From the human T2T-CHM13v2.0 reference genome, Homo sapiens, in assembly GCF_009914755.1 (NCBI RefSeq), contig NC_060931.1: 64,000 nt of DNA, one strand, 5' to 3'. The notes below the pieces were generated by a model, which did not search any database, was not told where the DNA came from, and saw only the letters and a list, made by a program, of their open reading frames with translations. The position numbers were made by a program, and so were the translations under genes. How positions within the stretch are numbered: position 1 is the first letter of the stretch; each line of letters opens with the position of its first letter. This document shows positions 55,025 to 64,000 of this stretch, piece after piece.

Positions 55025-55342
55025 TGTATGTATGTACGTACGTATGTATGTATTTTTAGAGACAGAGTCTCACTCTGTCACCCAGGCTGGAGTGCAATGG
55101 TGCGATCACAGCTCACTGTAACCTCAAACTCCCAGGCTCAAGAGATCCTCTCACCGCAGCCTCCTGAATTGTTGGGACTACAGGTACACATCACCATGCC
55201 CAACTTATTTTTAAATTATTTTGTAGAGACGGGGGTCTTGGTATGTTGCATGGGTTGGTTTTGAACTCCTGGCCTCAAGCAATCCTCCCACTCTGGTCTC
55301 CCAAAGCACTTGGATTACAGGAATGAGCCACTGTGCTCAGCC
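55025..55342 (-). mobile_element. AluJ with (TATG)n-derived tail
   Basis: Full reverse dimer. Confidence 0.88.
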
Positions 55343-56514
55343 ACACAAGCATTTAAAATGAAGAGATTTGACATAAAAATCCAAATGTTCAACTCGTAAA
55401 AAAAATCACAAGAGCAGGCAAAACTTGCCCGGTATTTCTACACGGCAGCAATCAGCAAGAGAGCCGATCAGCACCCACATCTAGATGGTGTCATCATCTC
55501 CAGTTTCTGTGCTCCCCACCTGGCTGTAGCCACTCATTGGACATACTCTTGGTAAGCAACTGTGTTTGTAACCTCTTTACCATACCACTCATCTTTTAAA
55601 GTAAGTTTCCCAGAAGTGCAATTATTAGTTATGTGCAATTCTTTCTAAGGAGTGCCAAAAGCTACTCACTGTAGTGTTGTCCATTAGAGTACTTAGCACT
55701 GCATGTCCAAGAAACAGAACAAATTATGCCAGGGGCCAGCCACCCACGAATGTGTCTTCCATGCAAGGTTTGTACACTGATATTCTGTACAAAACCTACA
55801 TTTCTGTGCTGGCTTTGTGGCTCCCTGATTTCCAAATCACTAAGTGGCTAGTGCATAGCAGCTGCTGAAAAAAATGCTGGGTGGATGGATAACAAATAAA
55901 ATCTACTAAAATTAGTCTTAATTTCTTCCAGCCCCAGTACATAAAAGATTGTTACAAAAGGAATCTGCACTATGACTGTTGAAAGTAGAGTTTTTATTGT
56001 TGCTATTGTTATTATAATAGCTGCTCACATTTGTTCAGAACCTCCCTGATAAATTCATCATAATCTACATTGCTGGAGCAGAAGAGGATCCCAAAGAGAA
56101 GAGGAAGTGCCACTGCTGACATGCAAAATTATCTTAGGTGATACTTGAAACCTGGTATTGAATTACACTGAATCAAATACTGAGGAAGTTATTCCTTTTC
56201 CGAGGTTCTTTCAATCTGTCTGGGTGTATGAGAACAACTCTCACTTTGGTGCTAACACATATTTATGTCCCTTTATGACACCTGCAAATTTAACTTCCCT
56301 TGTAAACACAGAGAGCATATGGCTCAGGCTTGGAGCCTTTATCAGACAACAGAATCTAGACAGGGTTTAACAGTCATTTTTTTTTTTAAGGCAAACAATA
56401 CAGGTTCTCTATTGCTGGTGGAGACACAAAGATTCCTTTTTAAAGAAAATTAAGCTTTAAAAAGCATTAAAAGGTTTTACATTTATTTTAAGAAATTTAA
56501 AAATAAAAAAGAAT

Positions 56515-59722
<3,208 letters not shown>

Positions 59723-59920
59723 ACAGTATGGAGTGCAAATGTGACCAAAAAACACCAAGGTGATACACAAAATACTAATATTTGGGATGTAAATGACTAT
59801 GCTTTAATGTTGCCATTTTGGCACAGAGATGGAAAGTGTCCAAATTTAATTTCCATTGTATATTAAATGAAAAATAAATGTAACAATAAGCTGTGCGCTT
59901 TTATGGTGACAGAAAAATCT

Positions 59921-60229
<309 letters not shown>

Positions 60230-61559
60230 AGAAAAATCTAAGACCTGTAACCTTGACAGTTTGTAACAAAATTATCTTATGATTATTTATTAATCTATGC
60301 CAATACCACAGAAAGAGATAACTCCCCATACCAAGAAAGTCTTCCTATAAAGCTCATAATTTGTAAAATGCAAATGAACATTATTTGTTTTGTTGACATT
60401 TTGTGATGAAAGCACTTCTATATATAAGATCATAAGGTGGGGTTAACAGTGAGTAAGCCAGTAAGTAGACCAAATGTCACTGATACGCCCCACTGTCAAA
60501 CAGCAGCTGTGACAAATGCTACAAAGGAGAAGTACATGGTACTGTAATTTGATACAGGCAGAGCTTCCTTGAGACAGGAAGGATGGGAACAGCAAAACAG
60601 CCAGGACATGACCAAAGGAAGAGATACATGAGACAAGGCTGGAGAGGGAGATGAGGACAGAGAAAAGAGGTACTCACTGACCCAGGTATGGAGTTTACCT
60701 AACTCCCAAGCACAAGGGGAAGACAGCTGAAAGGTTTTAAACGTGGAATGACCTACCTGATCAGATTTGTGTTCTGAAAGGTTTGCTCTGGCTGTAATGT
60801 AAGCAACCCTCCAGAGAAGCATCAGTAAACAGACAGAATCAAAATTGATTACAAAATAATGTAGAAACTACTACATCTAGACCAAATAAATAATGGCCAA
60901 CAGAAAACCTGATCAGAACATTGTCCAGTCTTTCATTGGAAACTAACACTACACTTTTATTTAGGTATATGATACATAAATTTTAGAGACTAGGAACAGC
61001 TTAAAACTTAACACTTCAGAAGCTATCAAAATGTCATGATTTCTTGGACAGACCTAAGGTGGCCTACCTACCTCAAGGGCTTTAAGTAAAGAGGACTGGA
61101 GCTCGAGGAAGTGGCTCCAAGGCGGACGGCTAAGCATCAAAAACTGCGGCTCTGATTTACATTCCCCAGCTCCCAAACCAAGCATCTTCTTTATATATTT
61201 TACATGATAACTTCCTATTAAGGTTTGACGAAAGAAGGTTTTGCTACTGAAACCAAGTCTGAAAACTAATGTTAATACCCACGGCCTCTAGTACCCAGTT
61301 ACAAGACTATAATCAGTGGGAAAGCAGTGCCTCCAACAACAACACCCTAGGGTCACTTACTGGTCTATGCTTCTAATTCTGTTCCCCCTCAGGAACGCTC
61401 ATGTTCAGAAATAGTCCAGTTTCTACTTCTAATCCTCCTCAAAATGGTGCAAACTCTGGGTAACACTGGTAGAGCCACCAGAATGCTAACAAGGAAAAAG
61501 GAAGGGAGAAATGGAGGGAAAGGTAAGAGAAGGAAAAAAATATATACAATACCAAATTG

Positions 61560-62500
<941 letters not shown>

Positions 62501-63867
62501 TACTATTCCATATACGTATCTTCAATGAAAATACTAACAAAAATTAAATAAAGAATTGAGTGATGAGAAGACAACACAATCAACCACTATGTCATCTCAT
62601 TAAGGAACAAGTACACCTCTACAAGGAGAGAAAGAAAGCCAACAGTGGCAGAGCAGGAGTTGGAAAAGGGAAAAATAGTTATCAACAAATGTTTTTCCTA
62701 GTCTTTGCATTGCAACGGGGGGAGAAAGGGAAAACAACGAAGAAAGACCCTTTGGTTCTCCTCCTATAACTGCTCTTAGTCCACCACACATCATAAAAGA
62801 AAATATATCAACTTAAGAGCAAATCAAAGACATCTTGGTCCAGGATCCTTTTCCACTGAATGCCCTTTACTTCTTTCTCTCTTCATCTGGTACCTTCCTC
62901 ACTTTTGAATTTTTTCCCTTCCTTTCTCCTTATTTTTCCAGGTATAGCTTTTTGCTCTCCGCATCCACACATCGCTATGTATCACTTTCACCTTTGCATA
63001 CGAGGCACCAAAATAAGAAGAGAACAATTAAAATACACACACAAAAACAGCCTGGGTTCCTTATGGATTTGAAATACCCTTATATTGGAGAAGGGACAAC
63101 ACACAATCTCTATCAATTCTCACCAATCCTTTTTATTCGGCATTGGTAGAATATAGGCCACAGCATAAATATTACTATGACACTTTTTCCCTCTCCGCTT
63201 CTCTCCTCTCCTGAACAAGACAGCTACAGTTTGTGAATTCAGTATTGGCTAGCTAACTGAAATGTTAAGGATCTAGGCTAGGAGTTCTTACCTATTGAGC
63301 TACAAGTATAAAGACTCCCTTTTAAACACTAAAATACATCAAAAACCCACAAACATGCAAAAAGAAATTATCCTTTCCGTATCTGTTCCCTGAGAAAATG
63401 CAAACCTATATAGCACTGTTGTGAGTTGTTAATTTTTAGTTCATTGTGAACTTTATCAATTAAAACAACATCCACTCACACTGAACAGCAGATGTGGGCA
63501 ATGCTATGTGTGAATGCAGTCTCAGCTTCTCAGATCTCCTCATCTCACAAACTCCTCAGCCCTCCTTGGGTTTACCTAGGCAGACTGGGAATCAGCTCTG
63601 ACCACTCTGGGCTCAACTTTCTTTACTGATTAAGAATTGTACAATTTTGTTACCTGAGTTCCCTGAAGAAATAGCAATAAAGTTTGACAAAAATGATAGT
63701 ACGGTAAAGTACCTTCTGTTCACACAGGATTCTTCTGGGATGATTTATTAAACAGTTCTCCCAATAACCATTCCTTCTACACACAACACACACACCCCTT
63801 CCCTCTCTTTCTCTTCACCTAAAAAGCACTCAGAACTGGTATCTAGACTGTTTAATAAATGATTAGA

Positions 63868-64000
63868 GTCAGCCCTCCACATCCACAGATTTGACCCACT
63901 ACAGATCAAAAATATTTGGGATATAAAACAATAAAAAATAAAATACAACAATAATACAAATTTTTAAACTATAATATAACAACTATTTACAGAGTGTTTT
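63868..64000. mobile_element. Tigger3-like DNA transposon start (runs off the window)
   Basis: gtcagccctcc.catcc.cagattt.acc.act.cagatcaaaaatattt...ataacaactatttaca. Confidence 0.65.

Overview
This is primate DNA, almost certainly human, lying inside the SRPK2 gene (SR protein kinase 2), which runs on the minus strand. Only one coding exon is supportable: 158 bp at 2361-2518, encoding PEPQQKAPLV-P13-LPDPTPPEPEEEILGSDDEEQEDPADYCK. The other ~61 kb upstream of it is one large intron region. It holds about 35 Alu/FLAM/FAM copies, several L1 fragments, MaLR/ERV LTRs, MER/Tigger DNA transposons, microsatellites, two processed pseudogenes (a PRDX3 5' fragment and a near full-length RPL36) and a degenerate 5S rRNA fragment. 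Nearly all ORFs in the supplied track are repeat-derived or random. I see no new multi-gene system. The best leads are: (1) an L1PA flanked by an 84-bp target-site duplication; (2) an Alu whose TSD encloses ~60 bp of extra unique 3' sequence, a candidate Alu 3' transduction; (3) a CpG-preserving Alu+RPL36 retrocopy domain deep in the intron; (4) a candidate in-frame 33-nt cassette exon bracketed by UG repeats just upstream of the SRPK2 exon; (5) a 5'-only PRDX3 retrocopy; (6) an Alu/LTR deletion scar. Repeat subfamily calls and reference alignments are by eye from memory, so repeat boundaries are approximate.
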